Below, piece after piece: positions 26,076-37,067 of a DNA stretch of 62,091 nucleotides (position 1 is its first letter; every line of letters starts with the position of its first letter). Source of the DNA: a virus (taxonomy: Duplodnaviria; Caudoviricetes). The notes beneath the pieces were generated by a model, which had not been told where the DNA came from, did not search any database, and was given only the letters and a program-made list of their open reading frames with translations. Location: the IMG/VR virus record IMGVR_UViG_3300036399_000656, positions 1 to 62,091 of that record. One strand, given 5' to 3'. Made by a program: the position numbers and the translations under genes.

Positions 26076-28508
26076 ATGATTAGCACCGTATCCTTTTCGT
26101 TTGACTTAACGTACACCAACCCAGGCACTGGTGCGTTACAGCCACGAGGCGTTATCGTTGACTCTACCGATTATATCGGGTTGGGTCTCGATCCAATAGA
26201 TTTCGAACTGAAGGGATTGGGGCAGGTCACCTTTAACGGCGATATTATCGTCGATGGCAATCTTGTTAGCAACCCCATTATCGACCTTCAAGCCTGGGAT
26301 TTTGTCAATGATGGGGTTCCTACTGCCTATTTTGATTTACCGCTAGATTTAAACGGGAATGTGGCAAACGGCGTTTATACGTTTGTTTATAGACTCAGAG
26401 TCAACTCTTTCACTGTTCCTGTTGCGATTACGCTTACTCCACCTGATTTGGTTAACGTAGCGTCCAATCAATGGATAACACAATACTTAGAGGTCGGAAA
26501 CGAGATACGCTTAGCTAATCCAGGAGTGGGATTTGAGGATGTAACCGTAGAGGCGTTAAACCAAGTAGGTGCGAACGCAGAAGTAACTGTTTCGGACTAC
26601 ACCATTGCTGTTGCGGGAATCACCACGTTTGATTTAGAAAACGTACAATTCAATGGCGTGTACACATACGCCGGGTGTACACAGGTGGACGCAGAGGTTA
26701 GCTTCACTTACGACTGCGAGTATGGAGACAACGGGACATGGGGCGTGGCTAACACCACGGCGCTTGGCTCAAATGAGGTTGTCGCAAATTTAAGTTGTTC
26801 GATTAATTACCCTTCTTGGACTACACTTAGTCCTACGTTTCCAGGGAATATAGTTACCAGCTCACTTCCTTATCCGCCTCCTGGGGTGGAAACTCCTCTT
26901 GCAACAGGGACATATAGTGTTTCGCTTACACAGCAGATACAGCAGACTCAAACGAGTGGCTTGGTTGTCCTTTACACAAGGTCTGTGGTCAGGGAGTTCC
27001 AAGTAAGTTGTGCCGGCAGTCTTTGCGGTCTTACTCCTTGTATTGAGAACCTTCGCGTTGCTCACGCAAACGAGTTGCATCGTAACCGAATTTCAAAGTA
27101 CCAAGTTTTTGTAGACAATGTGCTTCTGTATTACGCGGAGGCTCAGAACTACAGATCTTGTGGAGACCTCGAAAACTACAGGGCTACCGTTGAGCTTATT
27201 AGAAACAATCTCGACTCATCTGGCTGCGAGTGTGCTTGTTGTAATGACGATACCTACTATTGGGTGTCAAACAACTCCGGAGAGTCTGTTATTGAGAGTC
27301 TTATTCGATCTTTTCAATTTCGATTGTTTTCGCTCGTCCCTGCTGGGCCGGGTTCTCCTTTGGCTAGTGATGACGAAACTCAAGGTGTTGAGGTTGGTGC
27401 GTTGTGGCAAAACACGAACACGGGCATAATCTATCGTTGTACTGTCAATACCGCTGAAAATGCTGTTTGGGTGGAGTATTATGCTCCAGGCGCACTGCCG
27501 ATTGCTTTAGACGTTCCGGCCACGCCTAACCTTCCGTTCCTGTCTTCCACTAACGTGCAGGACCAGTTAGGTCAAGCAAACACTCAGTTTGCCCTTCAGT
27601 TGTTGGCGAACGCTCAGTTTAATGCCGATATAACCGCTGTTGAAAATTCTGTGGCGGCTCTTGATGGTGTAAATGGTTTGACTCGCACTGGAGACGACTT
27701 TGCACTTGGCGGAGCGTTAACCGGGAACACAACGATAAACACCACTACGTTTAATTTTAAAGTAGCAACGTCAGGAAACGTAACCCCGCTATTAGTTGAG
27801 TCTTCTGGAACAGTAACGGCAATGTCAGTAAGAAAGACAACAACGAGTCCTACGGTGTCAAATGAAACTCAACGAACTAGAGTATACGCACCATCCGGAC
27901 AGAACGGCTTGGGAGCGTCATCTCTGGTATATCTTTCTGATATAACAGGTACAGAATCTTTTGCTGGGGAAATATCAACACAATGGACCGATAGTACTGT
28001 TAAGGATTCTATGATGAGTTTTTATCTTTCCGACAATGCTGTGTCTAAAACTCCATTAGTTCTTTTCGGTAATGGTCAAGTTTCGTTCCCGCAATACAAT
28101 GCTGCTAATTTTGTTGACCCAGCCCCAGCATACTTGCTCGGCGTTGACGCTGCGGGTAACGTGGTTCAGGCTACAAGTTCAAGCGGTCCTTTGGTTTATG
28201 TGGCAAGAATTACTCAGTCTGGAACAAACGCTCCAACTGCTGTTGAAATTGTTAACACTACTGGAGCTACATTTTCTTGGGTTGGAGGATACGTTGGCGC
28301 CGGCATTTACAGAGTTACTGCTTCATCTGCTGTTTTAACATCAAACAAAACAGCAATATTTGTTACGCCGTCTGGCGCTAATCCATATATAATGCTAGGT
28401 TCAGTATCAAATACAACTCAATGCATTGTAACTTCATCAAGCGCGTTTTCGGGATATACTGATAATTTGATTAATGGAGCTATTGTTAAAATAGAAATCT
28501 ACCCATAA
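26076..28508 (+). CDS. Structural fibre-like protein (810 aa)
   Basis: Beta-rich; GCECACC cluster; NGL...LGG.L..T.I fibre motif; C-terminal ITQSGTNAP...IEIYP domain. Confidence 0.7.
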   Translation: MISTVSFSFDLTYTNPGTGALQPRGVIVDSTDYIGLGLDPIDFELKGLGQVTFNGDIIVDGNLVSNPIIDLQAWDFVNDGVPTAYFDLPLDLNGNVANGVYTFVYRLRVNSFTVPVAITLTPPDLVNVASNQWITQYLEVGNEIRLANPGVGFEDVTVEALNQVGANAEVTVSDYTIAVAGITTFDLENVQFNGVYTYAGCTQVDAEVSFTYDCEYGDNGTWGVANTTALGSNEVVANLSCSINYPSWTTLSPTFPGNIVTSSLPYPPPGVETPLATGTYSVSLTQQIQQTQTSGLVVLYTRSVVREFQVSCAGSLCGLTPCIENLRVAHANELHRNRISKYQVFVDNVLLYYAEAQNYRSCGDLENYRATVELIRNNLDSSGCECACCNDDTYYWVSNNSGESVIESLIRSFQFRLFSLVPAGPGSPLASDDETQGVEVGALWQNTNTGIIYRCTVNTAENAVWVEYYAPGALPIALDVPATPNLPFLSSTNVQDQLGQANTQFALQLLANAQFNADITAVENSVAALDGVNGLTRTGDDFALGGALTGNTTINTTTFNFKVATSGNVTPLLVESSGTVTAMSVRKTTTSPTVSNETQRTRVYAPSGQNGLGASSLVYLSDITGTESFAGEISTQWTDSTVKDSMMSFYLSDNAVSKTPLVLFGNGQVSFPQYNAANFVDPAPAYLLGVDAAGNVVQATSSSGPLVYVARITQSGTNAPTAVEIVNTTGATFSWVGGYVGAGIYRVTASSAVLTSNKTAIFVTPSGANPYIMLGSVSNTTQCIVTSSSAFSGYTDNLINGAIVKIEIYP

Positions 28509-29263
28509 TGATTACTAACCTCGGTCAAATATATGATGAGCTTCTCTTCAGAGCCGGAAAGGATCTGAGGGGTGGCTACATCACGCCCGATGACTTCAAT
28601 CGGGCGATTAAGATTGTAAACCAGCGTTACTTGAACACGCTCGTAGACAACTTTGAAAACAGCCGAGAAATTACTAGCGACCTTCAGACATTCATCAAGA
28701 CCCTAGGTTCACCTCAGTACCCAGCCATGTCCTTCACTCCTGTTTTAGCAGGACGACCAGAGCGAGGAGGTTACGCGGACATTCCTGTCGACATTTGGTA
28801 TCAGGCAACAGCAAGTTTTCTTGAGATACTGAACAAGGAATGTTCATACGATACCAACTACCGAAGCGTAGAGTTTGTAAGCCAACACGAGTTTGACGCT
28901 AAGATGCGTAACTCGATTACAAGCCCGGTAGACAACCCGGAAGAAAACGATCCAATACTTGTTACACGAAATGACAGGTATTTCATTTATCCGTACATGC
29001 CACGGATAACCTTTACTTACATACGAGAGCCAATTCAGCCTGTATTTGATTATCAAATTGAGAACGGAATCCCTGTATATTTACCACCGGGAACTGTTCA
29101 CACGAATGCAACTACAGCTCCAATCGGCACTCCAAGTGCAAGCGTTGAATTTGAATATCCCGAAAGCTGCGTGGACCACCTAACTGATTTGATTAAAACT
29201 TACATCGGTATTGGTAACGAAAACCAATGGAACATTCAGACTCAAATGCCAAGTAAAGTATGA
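28508..29263 (+). CDS. Tail ring/adaptor protein 1
   Basis: GGYITPDDFN...Y.REP; position. Confidence 0.7.
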   Translation: MITNLGQIYDELLFRAGKDLRGGYITPDDFNRAIKIVNQRYLNTLVDNFENSREITSDLQTFIKTLGSPQYPAMSFTPVLAGRPERGGYADIPVDIWYQATASFLEILNKECSYDTNYRSVEFVSQHEFDAKMRNSITSPVDNPEENDPILVTRNDRYFIYPYMPRITFTYIREPIQPVFDYQIENGIPVYLPPGTVHTNATTAPIGTPSASVEFEYPESCVDHLTDLIKTYIGIGNENQWNIQTQMPSKV

Positions 29264-29859
29264 TCACAAAACGTCAAGTCATCGAATTAATACAGCACAG
29301 GTTGACTGGGGGAGATACCCCGGAAGATTTGCGTCGTCTGTATCCTCGTTCCATTATTTCTCGTGTAATCAACTTAGCCCTTGCCGACATTGTATCACGC
29401 GATCCTTACGAGGCAAGCGACATGGCGGTTCCATACGTGTTTACTCCGGCCAACGATGCCAACGGTTACTATGTAACCCTCAGTCCACAGCCAATCGCGG
29501 GGACTATGGCAATCTTTACTGTTGAGGATGAGTCTTCTGGGTTTAACTCATATTCAGTTCAAACCAAGGCGGAATCAAACGCATTGAATGTATTGCGTGG
29601 GGGAAACAATTCAGCGGCCATCCTTTTCAAGGACAAGCTGCGTTTCAACAAAAAGCCAGAGGGTAATGTAACGGTTACTATGGTTCCTAACGTGTATCAA
29701 ATGGAGGATGATGACGTGCTTATCATTCCAAGCGATGAAACAGGCGCGGGTGAAATGATGCTTTTCCAAATGTGTATGCAGGTATTGGCAACTCAAGGTT
29801 TCCAAGACGACTTGAACAACGACTCAATTGACGCACAAACTACCGCAGCTAGATCATGA
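29260..29859 (+). CDS. Tail ring/adaptor protein 2
   Basis: Position; ATGA coupling. Confidence 0.65.
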   Translation: MITKRQVIELIQHRLTGGDTPEDLRRLYPRSIISRVINLALADIVSRDPYEASDMAVPYVFTPANDANGYYVTLSPQPIAGTMAIFTVEDESSGFNSYSVQTKAESNALNVLRGGNNSAAILFKDKLRFNKKPEGNVTVTMVPNVYQMEDDDVLIIPSDETGAGEMMLFQMCMQVLATQGFQDDLNNDSIDAQTTAARS

Positions 29860-30587
29860 CCATTAAGAATATAAAATATATCGCCACATCAGCTTTGTAC
29901 CGCTTGGGTAAGAACCCAGCAGGTCGTGAGCTTACGTGGATGACTCAGGTGGCTATTGATTACTTGAGCGAGAAGGCTCCACTCGATGGGAATGTGAGCC
30001 TGAAGACAATATACGCCAAGATAGATACGGGCGCGCGGGTATTCACGATGCCAGGCGACTGCATGAGGATTTCCAAGGTAGGATTGAAATCAGGTCGTCG
30101 CATTTGGACTTTGACACCAGACACCTCACTGACTTACCCAGAAGAGTTTTTTCAATGCGAGAGCGATCAGAATGATGACGTGGTATTGAATGGTTTTTTC
30201 CCAACGGGTTACTTTGGATACTTTTACAACCAACCTAACTACACGCTAGGCGGCGGACGTAATGTGAACTACTACCGCATAGATGGTAACAATATCATAT
30301 TTGACCAAAACATACCCGACGGTCAATTGATTATAGAGTATTTCTCAAACGGTTCGGAGGTAAATGAAAACACCTTGATTGATACAGGGTATGCCGAGCC
30401 GTTTCGTTTGTATTTGATGAGCGAATACTGCTTCCACAAAGGAGGCAGCGAGGACAAGGCCAAGTACAAAGAATTGCAGATGCAATACGAGGCAGCTCAA
30501 TGGAGCGCAAACCTTTTGATTAAGGCTCCACGATTGAGTGAAATGATTGACGCACTTGCACAGGCATCAGAATTTAATTTAGGATAA
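29856..30587 (+). CDS. Tail ring/adaptor protein 3
   Basis: MPGDC..ISKV...Y.I.GN.I.F....IEY; position. Confidence 0.65.
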   Translation: MTIKNIKYIATSALYRLGKNPAGRELTWMTQVAIDYLSEKAPLDGNVSLKTIYAKIDTGARVFTMPGDCMRISKVGLKSGRRIWTLTPDTSLTYPEEFFQCESDQNDDVVLNGFFPTGYFGYFYNQPNYTLGGGRNVNYYRIDGNNIIFDQNIPDGQLIIEYFSNGSEVNENTLIDTGYAEPFRLYLMSEYCFHKGGSEDKAKYKELQMQYEAAQWSANLLIKAPRLSEMIDALAQASEFNLG

Positions 30588-33500
30588 TGGAGTTTAACGA
30601 AGTCATAGCATTTACCGGCGGTATAAATACCGACGACACACCTCAGGGTGTGCCTAAGGGAGATTATAGAGATTTCTCGTATTGTCGACTTGGATACAAT
30701 TCTGGTAACGCATATGCCGTAGAGACTTCTGATGGAACTTTGATTATTCCTGAGGAAACGATAGAGATTGAGGACCAAATCATCGGCGCTACCCAGTGGT
30801 TGAAAATGAACGCAATCGTGTACTTTGTCTATAAGGCTAATCTTGTTCATGAGATTTGGTTTTACGAAATAGATTCCCTAAGCCATACTCGCGTTCTACA
30901 GTCTGCTGAGCTAAACTTCAGCAGAGACTGGCCGGTATACCACGCCAACGTGGTTGACGATATTCTCAAATGGACGGACGGTCGTTGGGATCCCCAGATG
31001 TATGATGCGGACGGTAATAGACTTTTCAATCCTCCGTACCAAATCAATTTGCAAAAGGCGCTTGACAGCTTCTACACGAGCGTAACCCTTCAGACCATTG
31101 ATGCTATTAAGTGGCCAATGGACCCTCCTCGCGTAGCCTATTTTACAGATCCCACAAGACAAGATAACAAACTCCGCAATAAGCTGTTCAAGTTTATTAT
31201 TCAGCCTATTTACGAGAACGGGGAGGCTGGAGTGTGGTCGATGTATTCTAATTTAGAGTTGCCTCAGCAGTCTGAATTGATACCTGGAACCAATTGGCTT
31301 TATCCAAACAACAGTAACGGAATCAACATACAGTTTGAGACAGGTCCCCAGATAATAAGAAAGTTTAATATCGCTGTACAGCAATATGACAAGGAAGATT
31401 TTGGAACAGAGCCTCCTTTTGGGGTATTTCTTCAGTTAGACAAGGACCAAGACGTAATACCAAACAATACTATTTGGACTGTTTCTTTTTACGGAGGGGT
31501 TGCCACGACTCCGGCTGTAGACGTATTTAAGAACTACGATCGACTACCGATAACCGCAAGCTGTCAAGAGTACCTCCCCACGAGCCAGATAGTGTACACT
31601 AACTTCAGGGAGGGGTACGACAAACCTACAGAGGAGCCTTTTATCCTTGACGTTGGGGTTGGCTATCAGTTAAACGAAATAAACTGGAACCCATTTGCGG
31701 CAATTGATCTTGATATTACATACAGCCTTGCGTCTTCATCAATAACAACAGACACTGATGATTTTAACGCAAACGATGTGTTTCCGTTTTCTGCCGGTTT
31801 GGTGCTTCAAGGTCCAGCGCCAACTAGCGCTTCAATTGGTATATTTGTTTATCAGATAACTCAAGCGGATATTGACGCAGCACTAGCGGCGGGCGCTACT
31901 CCAATGGATTGGAACATAGCGATAATGAATATCATATGTAACTCTTTCATGTCTCAATTGGGCTACACCCCTGTGTCATCGGCAGTTGCATTAGGTAATG
32001 CTGTTAGATATACTTTTACAGCGGGTCCTAATCCAGATGGGGTTTTTAATCCAAGGGTAAGATCATACAGACAAACGCTTTCCGCTCCATCTCTGAAAGT
32101 AGGAGCCACCCATGAATTTGGTATTGTGTACGGAGACAGGGCGTATAGGGACGGTACTGTTTACACGGTAGATTCCATGAATCTATTCGTTCCCTGGTTT
32201 TATGATTTGGACAGGACTGGACTTAGCAATGCCGACAATCCATTTACGGTAAATGCAAGATTTACTATAGACCACATACCCCCGGTATGGGCTGACAGGT
32301 ATTGGATAGTAGCAAAGCCGGCAACTGAAATTTCTAGTTTTGGTCAGTACACAACCAACGCAAATGACATTAGTTTGATTGGTAATGTTGGGGGAAGCGG
32401 ATACGTTTCTTCAATATATTTAGACACAGTAACCAACAACAGATACATAATAAACATAGACAAGTACTATGTAAATCAGAACATTGGAGCGTCAATAGCC
32501 CATGAGATTAAAATTGGAGACAAGATAAGATTCATAAGAAGAAGACTGGACGGACCGGCAACAACCGCCGACCAGGTTGCCTACTTGCCGTATCTTGAGT
32601 TAGATGTTGTCGGGTATGATCCGGTGGGAGGTGAACAGCAACGCCAAATAGTTTATACAAACATATTTGACACAAGCCTCATAGAGACGCAGGCTGGATT
32701 AGACTCGGTTGACGGACAGCTGTTTGGTCAACTGATAGAAATATACACACCAACACCTTCGGTGGATGATACAGGAAACTTGTTTGTATCCACTTGGAAA
32801 GATGTAAGCGAGGCCATAGACATAAGAAACCCACACACGGAAGACAGGGCGCACGGAGCGCCGCCTTTGTATTATGTGTACATAACAGGTGATGACCCTT
32901 ATTTCTTCTACATGAATGGGGATTATACATTCCTAGAAGGCAATACGTATTCTGTTACAATACACAATTTAAACGGTACCACCAACTCGGTTAGCGCAGT
33001 AGTTAATTTAGCTTCCTACCAGCAGTCTTCAAATCAGACTAGACTTGCGTTTGGATTTGCCGCCACATCTAGCATGGCTTACTTGACCATAGATACGGAT
33101 GTGTTTGCTGCTGAAACAAACGAATATCAAATATCAAACGATTTAGTTTCATCTCGACCAGCAACGTTTGCTTTAGGCTACGGGGATGTGTATGTAAAGC
33201 AGAGAAACTACCAGACAGGCATGGCCGCAGAATCGGCTCAGGCTTATTATTTTATTGAGGATCCAAACTACTCAGACTACTGGCCAAGCAACATACACGA
33301 AACCGGAAGAACAAGGATTGAGGATCCTAATGCTAAGATGACTCACCGCCAGGCAACGGCTATTCATTCTGATTCATTTATCGTAGGAACCCAGATAAAC
33401 GGTTTATCTTCTTTCTCTTTGTTGAATGATAACATCGAGGGCATGAATTCACTGTTCGGTCCTGTTGTTAGAACATATATGTCAGGACGCGAAGGTAAAA

Positions 33501-34930
33501 CTCTCAAGTGTCTTCAGCCAAGGAAGGAGAACTCTATCTACATCCAATTCTACCCCAACGAGGTAGGCTCGGATTCAACCGTTCGTGTTTCTAGTAAAAC
33601 CTTTGCATCTTGGTTTGACTACAAGACATTGTTTGGTTGTTCGGACGCGGGGGCAAACGCGATACTGCCCGACGGTACAACGATGTACTTTGACAACAAG
33701 GCCGGGGTGTTTATGTATTCCGGTGCTAACGGGCAAATAGTTGTGAGTGAGATAGACCCCGGCACGGAAAAGGATTACAAGTTCAGAACAAAGACCAAGG
33801 AACTTGCCGCTTCGTACAATTCAACAAACAGACCGGTAGTTAGAACTTACGTGAACGAAACGGTTGGGGAGGTTGGCTTTGCATTTAGATTCGGTCAGCA
33901 ATTCACCGGGCAAATGCAGGGCGGGTTTAGTCCACCAACTTTTAACGACCAAGTTTGGGTTGTTGTTGGTTCTGATGTTGAGAATTTATTCGGATTAGAG
34001 ATTGTTGTCGTGCATGAAAATGGTGCGGTTTATACAGGAACTGTAACTCAGGCCATTTGGGATGAGGAACTGAACTACACTACGATTCAGATAAACAACG
34101 CAGGGCCTTCACCGGCTGAATTCAACATCCTAGCATACTACTACACAACTAGCGGGTTCACATACGACCACGTTGTGTTTGACTACGTGAACATGCGATG
34201 GAGGTCAACGTATGACTATAACTTCCAACAGTTCTGCAACCTAGGCCAGACTCTTGTCGGATGGGGCGTGAACAATCAAATGTACCTTCACAACCAATAC
34301 GGAAGCTGGGATTTCCACGGTCAGCCATTCATTCAAAAGGTTTCTTTTGTTTCGAACGAAAACCCACTAGCCCTCAAGAGGTATCAGGACATAAGTCTTA
34401 TTTCTGATAATATATTTTCTATTGAGGCTTCATCAGATCCAAACAGAAGTTACCCGCTTGGCATGAAAACCTTAATGCCATCAAACATTATAAATACCTA
34501 TGAGGGGTACGGCAGTGTTTACTACAGAAAGAATTTGTATGACCCAAGGTTCTTTAACACGGGTACTACAATAACAAGTAATTACGATCCGCCAAACGGC
34601 TTCCCGGTTAATGGCTGGGTTGTTCCTGGGGACCAACAGGACTTGTTTACACAAAATATAACCATCATACAAAACGACGGGACTATATTTTCAGGGGATG
34701 TTTCATCAGCTACTTACAGTATTCCGGACGACAACACATTAATCGTGCTTGCTGATCAGGAGCCTAGTAGTTTTGGCATAAACGGATTTTGGTACAACAG
34801 CGATAGAGCGATGTTAAACGGTGAAGACATGAGGGCAAATGCCTTGACTCACAACCTTTACTTTGACCCGTCACTGGCGGATCAGTCGTCTATTCTTTTC
34901 TCTGTTGCAATTAAGGGTGTTTTATCTTAA
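30587..34930 (+). CDS. Tail muzzle/stabilisation protein (P22 gp10-like)
   Basis: FTGGINTDD....P.GDYR; LKWTDG; NFREGYD; FGIVY.D; 1447 aa beta-rich. Confidence 0.8.
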   Translation: MEFNEVIAFTGGINTDDTPQGVPKGDYRDFSYCRLGYNSGNAYAVETSDGTLIIPEETIEIEDQIIGATQWLKMNAIVYFVYKANLVHEIWFYEIDSLSHTRVLQSAELNFSRDWPVYHANVVDDILKWTDGRWDPQMYDADGNRLFNPPYQINLQKALDSFYTSVTLQTIDAIKWPMDPPRVAYFTDPTRQDNKLRNKLFKFIIQPIYENGEAGVWSMYSNLELPQQSELIPGTNWLYPNNSNGINIQFETGPQIIRKFNIAVQQYDKEDFGTEPPFGVFLQLDKDQDVIPNNTIWTVSFYGGVATTPAVDVFKNYDRLPITASCQEYLPTSQIVYTNFREGYDKPTEEPFILDVGVGYQLNEINWNPFAAIDLDITYSLASSSITTDTDDFNANDVFPFSAGLVLQGPAPTSASIGIFVYQITQADIDAALAAGATPMDWNIAIMNIICNSFMSQLGYTPVSSAVALGNAVRYTFTAGPNPDGVFNPRVRSYRQTLSAPSLKVGATHEFGIVYGDRAYRDGTVYTVDSMNLFVPWFYDLDRTGLSNADNPFTVNARFTIDHIPPVWADRYWIVAKPATEISSFGQYTTNANDISLIGNVGGSGYVSSIYLDTVTNNRYIINIDKYYVNQNIGASIAHEIKIGDKIRFIRRRLDGPATTADQVAYLPYLELDVVGYDPVGGEQQRQIVYTNIFDTSLIETQAGLDSVDGQLFGQLIEIYTPTPSVDDTGNLFVSTWKDVSEAIDIRNPHTEDRAHGAPPLYYVYITGDDPYFFYMNGDYTFLEGNTYSVTIHNLNGTTNSVSAVVNLASYQQSSNQTRLAFGFAATSSMAYLTIDTDVFAAETNEYQISNDLVSSRPATFALGYGDVYVKQRNYQTGMAAESAQAYYFIEDPNYSDYWPSNIHETGRTRIEDPNAKMTHRQATAIHSDSFIVGTQINGLSSFSLLNDNIEGMNSLFGPVVRTYMSGREGKTLKCLQPRKENSIYIQFYPNEVGSDSTVRVSSKTFASWFDYKTLFGCSDAGANAILPDGTTMYFDNKAGVFMYSGANGQIVVSEIDPGTEKDYKFRTKTKELAASYNSTNRPVVRTYVNETVGEVGFAFRFGQQFTGQMQGGFSPPTFNDQVWVVVGSDVENLFGLEIVVVHENGAVYTGTVTQAIWDEELNYTTIQINNAGPSPAEFNILAYYYTTSGFTYDHVVFDYVNMRWRSTYDYNFQQFCNLGQTLVGWGVNNQMYLHNQYGSWDFHGQPFIQKVSFVSNENPLALKRYQDISLISDNIFSIEASSDPNRSYPLGMKTLMPSNIINTYEGYGSVYYRKNLYDPRFFNTGTTITSNYDPPNGFPVNGWVVPGDQQDLFTQNITIIQNDGTIFSGDVSSATYSIPDDNTLIVLADQEPSSFGINGFWYNSDRAMLNGEDMRANALTHNLYFDPSLADQSSILFSVAIKGVLS

Positions 34931-34941
34931 ATTTGCGAATT

Positions 34942-35835
34942 ATGAGTTTAGCAGCAATTGGATTAGGACTTTCAGCCGGGTCGGCAATTTTTCAAGGCGT
35001 TAAGGGTCTTCAACAGACCCGTGAGGCTAAGGAAATGCAAAAAAACCTTGGCCCAAGGGTTAATTATCAAATACCCGAAGAGGCTAGAAAGGCCCTTGCT
35101 CTTTATCAGAACATGGCCGTATCTCGTACCATGCCCGGCCAGCAGTTTATGCAGGATGCGATTGATATGCAGCAGGCAAAGGCATTGGGTGGGGCTACTC
35201 GTGCAGCCACCTCATCACAGGACTTGCTTAGCGTAGCAACACAGTTGGGCGAGCAGGGCATGGAACAGCAGCAACAACTTGGTTTCGAGGCTGCTCAAAG
35301 CTACAATCAACGCCAACAGGACTATGCTGGAGCGTTAGGAACTATGGCTGGATACCAAGAAAAGGTAACTGCCGACAAGCAACAAGATTGGTACGAGAGA
35401 GCGGCAGCGGCAAGAGAAATGAGAGAAGCCGGTCTTCAGAATACTATGGGTGCTGTTCAGGGATTGGGTGAAATGGGATTTATGGCGGCTATGGGTGCTA
35501 TGGGTAAAGAGCCAGCTCCAAGAGATGTTGTAGACGTTGATCAAACGAAAACTAAGGATTCGGATCCAAAAGATTTGTCTGAGGCGCAAAACAAAAGAGA
35601 CGCTACAGCAGGCTCTTCATCAGGCAGGTTTAAGTTTTCAAATCCATCATACGGAAATTATAAATCTAAACTTGGACTAGACGATTCGGGTTCATTTTAT
35701 GATAACACAGCACAGCCCCAACAACCTGGATTTTACAACGGGATGGATATGAATAACTGGAGAGCGGAAAGTGGCTTGTACGACTTTAAAAGACCCGGAA
35801 GTTCATTAGGAAGTATGTTTAATAATATACATTAA
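34942..35835 (+). CDS. Ejection/cargo protein (Gly/Ala/Gln-rich, hydrophobic N-terminus)
   Basis: MSLAAIGLGLSAGSAIFQG; promoter TAAATTTG 34928-34935 favours ATG 34942. Confidence 0.7.
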   Translation: MSLAAIGLGLSAGSAIFQGVKGLQQTREAKEMQKNLGPRVNYQIPEEARKALALYQNMAVSRTMPGQQFMQDAIDMQQAKALGGATRAATSSQDLLSVATQLGEQGMEQQQQLGFEAAQSYNQRQQDYAGALGTMAGYQEKVTADKQQDWYERAAAAREMREAGLQNTMGAVQGLGEMGFMAAMGAMGKEPAPRDVVDVDQTKTKDSDPKDLSEAQNKRDATAGSSSGRFKFSNPSYGNYKSKLGLDDSGSFYDNTAQPQQPGFYNGMDMNNWRAESGLYDFKRPGSSLGSMFNNIH

Positions 35836-35836
35836 A

Positions 35837-37066
35837 ATGGCAGAGATAGCAAGTCAAGGCAGGGTAGGAGAGCAGGGCGGCGGAGAAGCTGTCGTATTCG
35901 ACACGTCTCAGTTTTTCCAGAACGTATACAATATGCAAAAGGATTTGTATGCGCGTCAGGAAAAGAAGAAGCGGGAGATAGACCAACAGAATGCCACCTG
36001 GAATGCGTTTCTTGAGGATATGCCCGATGTATGGGAATCTGACTACGAGTACGTAAACAAGGCCCTCAACGAATACAACGATTACATAATCGACCTGAAG
36101 ACTCAGGGCTTAGACCCGGACGCTTTAGATCCTACGATTATGAAAAAAATCAAGCAACTTCAAAATAACGTTGCTAAGGAAACATCAAGGGCCAAAAACA
36201 ACGAGGACTATTCTGTAAAAGCAACTCAGACTTTTAATGGCGACAAGACCAACGCGTACAATAAAGACCACGCCACTCAATGGTTTAAGGATTATACTGA
36301 CCCCAACAAAACCCCGGAGCAAAGGGCCAAGATGAGGGCGGAATCAAGTCCATTCAAGTATAACTACACGATGGATGAATTCATAGACGAAACCATTCCT
36401 GACGAGGTGTACACTGATACGGGTCGTCAAAAAACTATATACAGGGACAAGGATTCGCACAAGGCGATAATATTCGACAATATAACCAACACCGACATAG
36501 GCAAGGACATATACGAAACCTTAAAGATAGACAACGAAACTCCCGAACAGTTTACTGAACGCGTGGCTGAACTTGGTCAGAAAAAATACGGTGTTAAAAC
36601 GGATGTTCAACCCCCACCATCGAGAGGCGGCAGCAGGGACAGCAGGGACAGCAGGGACAGCAGGGAGAAAAAAGAAGACAAGGTTGAGATTGTTGCTACA
36701 GAAAAGGTTGCGGATCCAAAGTGGACTCAAGAATACGATGTAAATGCGGTATCCCTTGGTAAGTTAAAGCCGCCTGTTTATGTTTACACGGATGATGGAG
36801 TCCCTGTAATGAATTTCGTTCCTGACGATGGTTTTTATTTGAGACCAGGAAACACGATAGTTGCTGTTGGATACGGAACCGATGAAGAGGATAAGCAGAT
36901 TAGGGTGGAGATTGACTATGAGAAAAACAAGAGGAAGTTTAATGCTGCCGGATACCCAGATATGTACGACTACTTTGTACAAAAGATTTGGGGAAACAAA
37001 TCAGGAGGGGCATCAACAAAAGAAACACCAGCTCAGAGAGCTGCACGAATAGCTAACGGAGGATAA
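35837..37066 (+). CDS. Ejection/cargo protein (409 aa)
   Basis: Position; GEAVVFDT N-terminus; coiled coil. Confidence 0.65.
   Translation: MAEIASQGRVGEQGGGEAVVFDTSQFFQNVYNMQKDLYARQEKKKREIDQQNATWNAFLEDMPDVWESDYEYVNKALNEYNDYIIDLKTQGLDPDALDPTIMKKIKQLQNNVAKETSRAKNNEDYSVKATQTFNGDKTNAYNKDHATQWFKDYTDPNKTPEQRAKMRAESSPFKYNYTMDEFIDETIPDEVYTDTGRQKTIYRDKDSHKAIIFDNITNTDIGKDIYETLKIDNETPEQFTERVAELGQKKYGVKTDVQPPPSRGGSRDSRDSRDSREKKEDKVEIVATEKVADPKWTQEYDVNAVSLGKLKPPVYVYTDDGVPVMNFVPDDGFYLRPGNTIVAVGYGTDEEDKQIRVEIDYEKNKRKFNAAGYPDMYDYFVQKIWGNKSGGASTKETPAQRAARIANGG
36631..36666 (+). repeat. In-frame 9-bp tandem repeat x4
   Basis: CAGCAGGGA x4 encoding SRDSRDSRDSRE. Confidence 0.85.
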
Positions 37067-37067
37067 C

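Noticed and set aside
36631-36666. 9-bp tandem repeat as a phase-variation switch
   Set aside because: The unit is a multiple of three, so it only changes linker length
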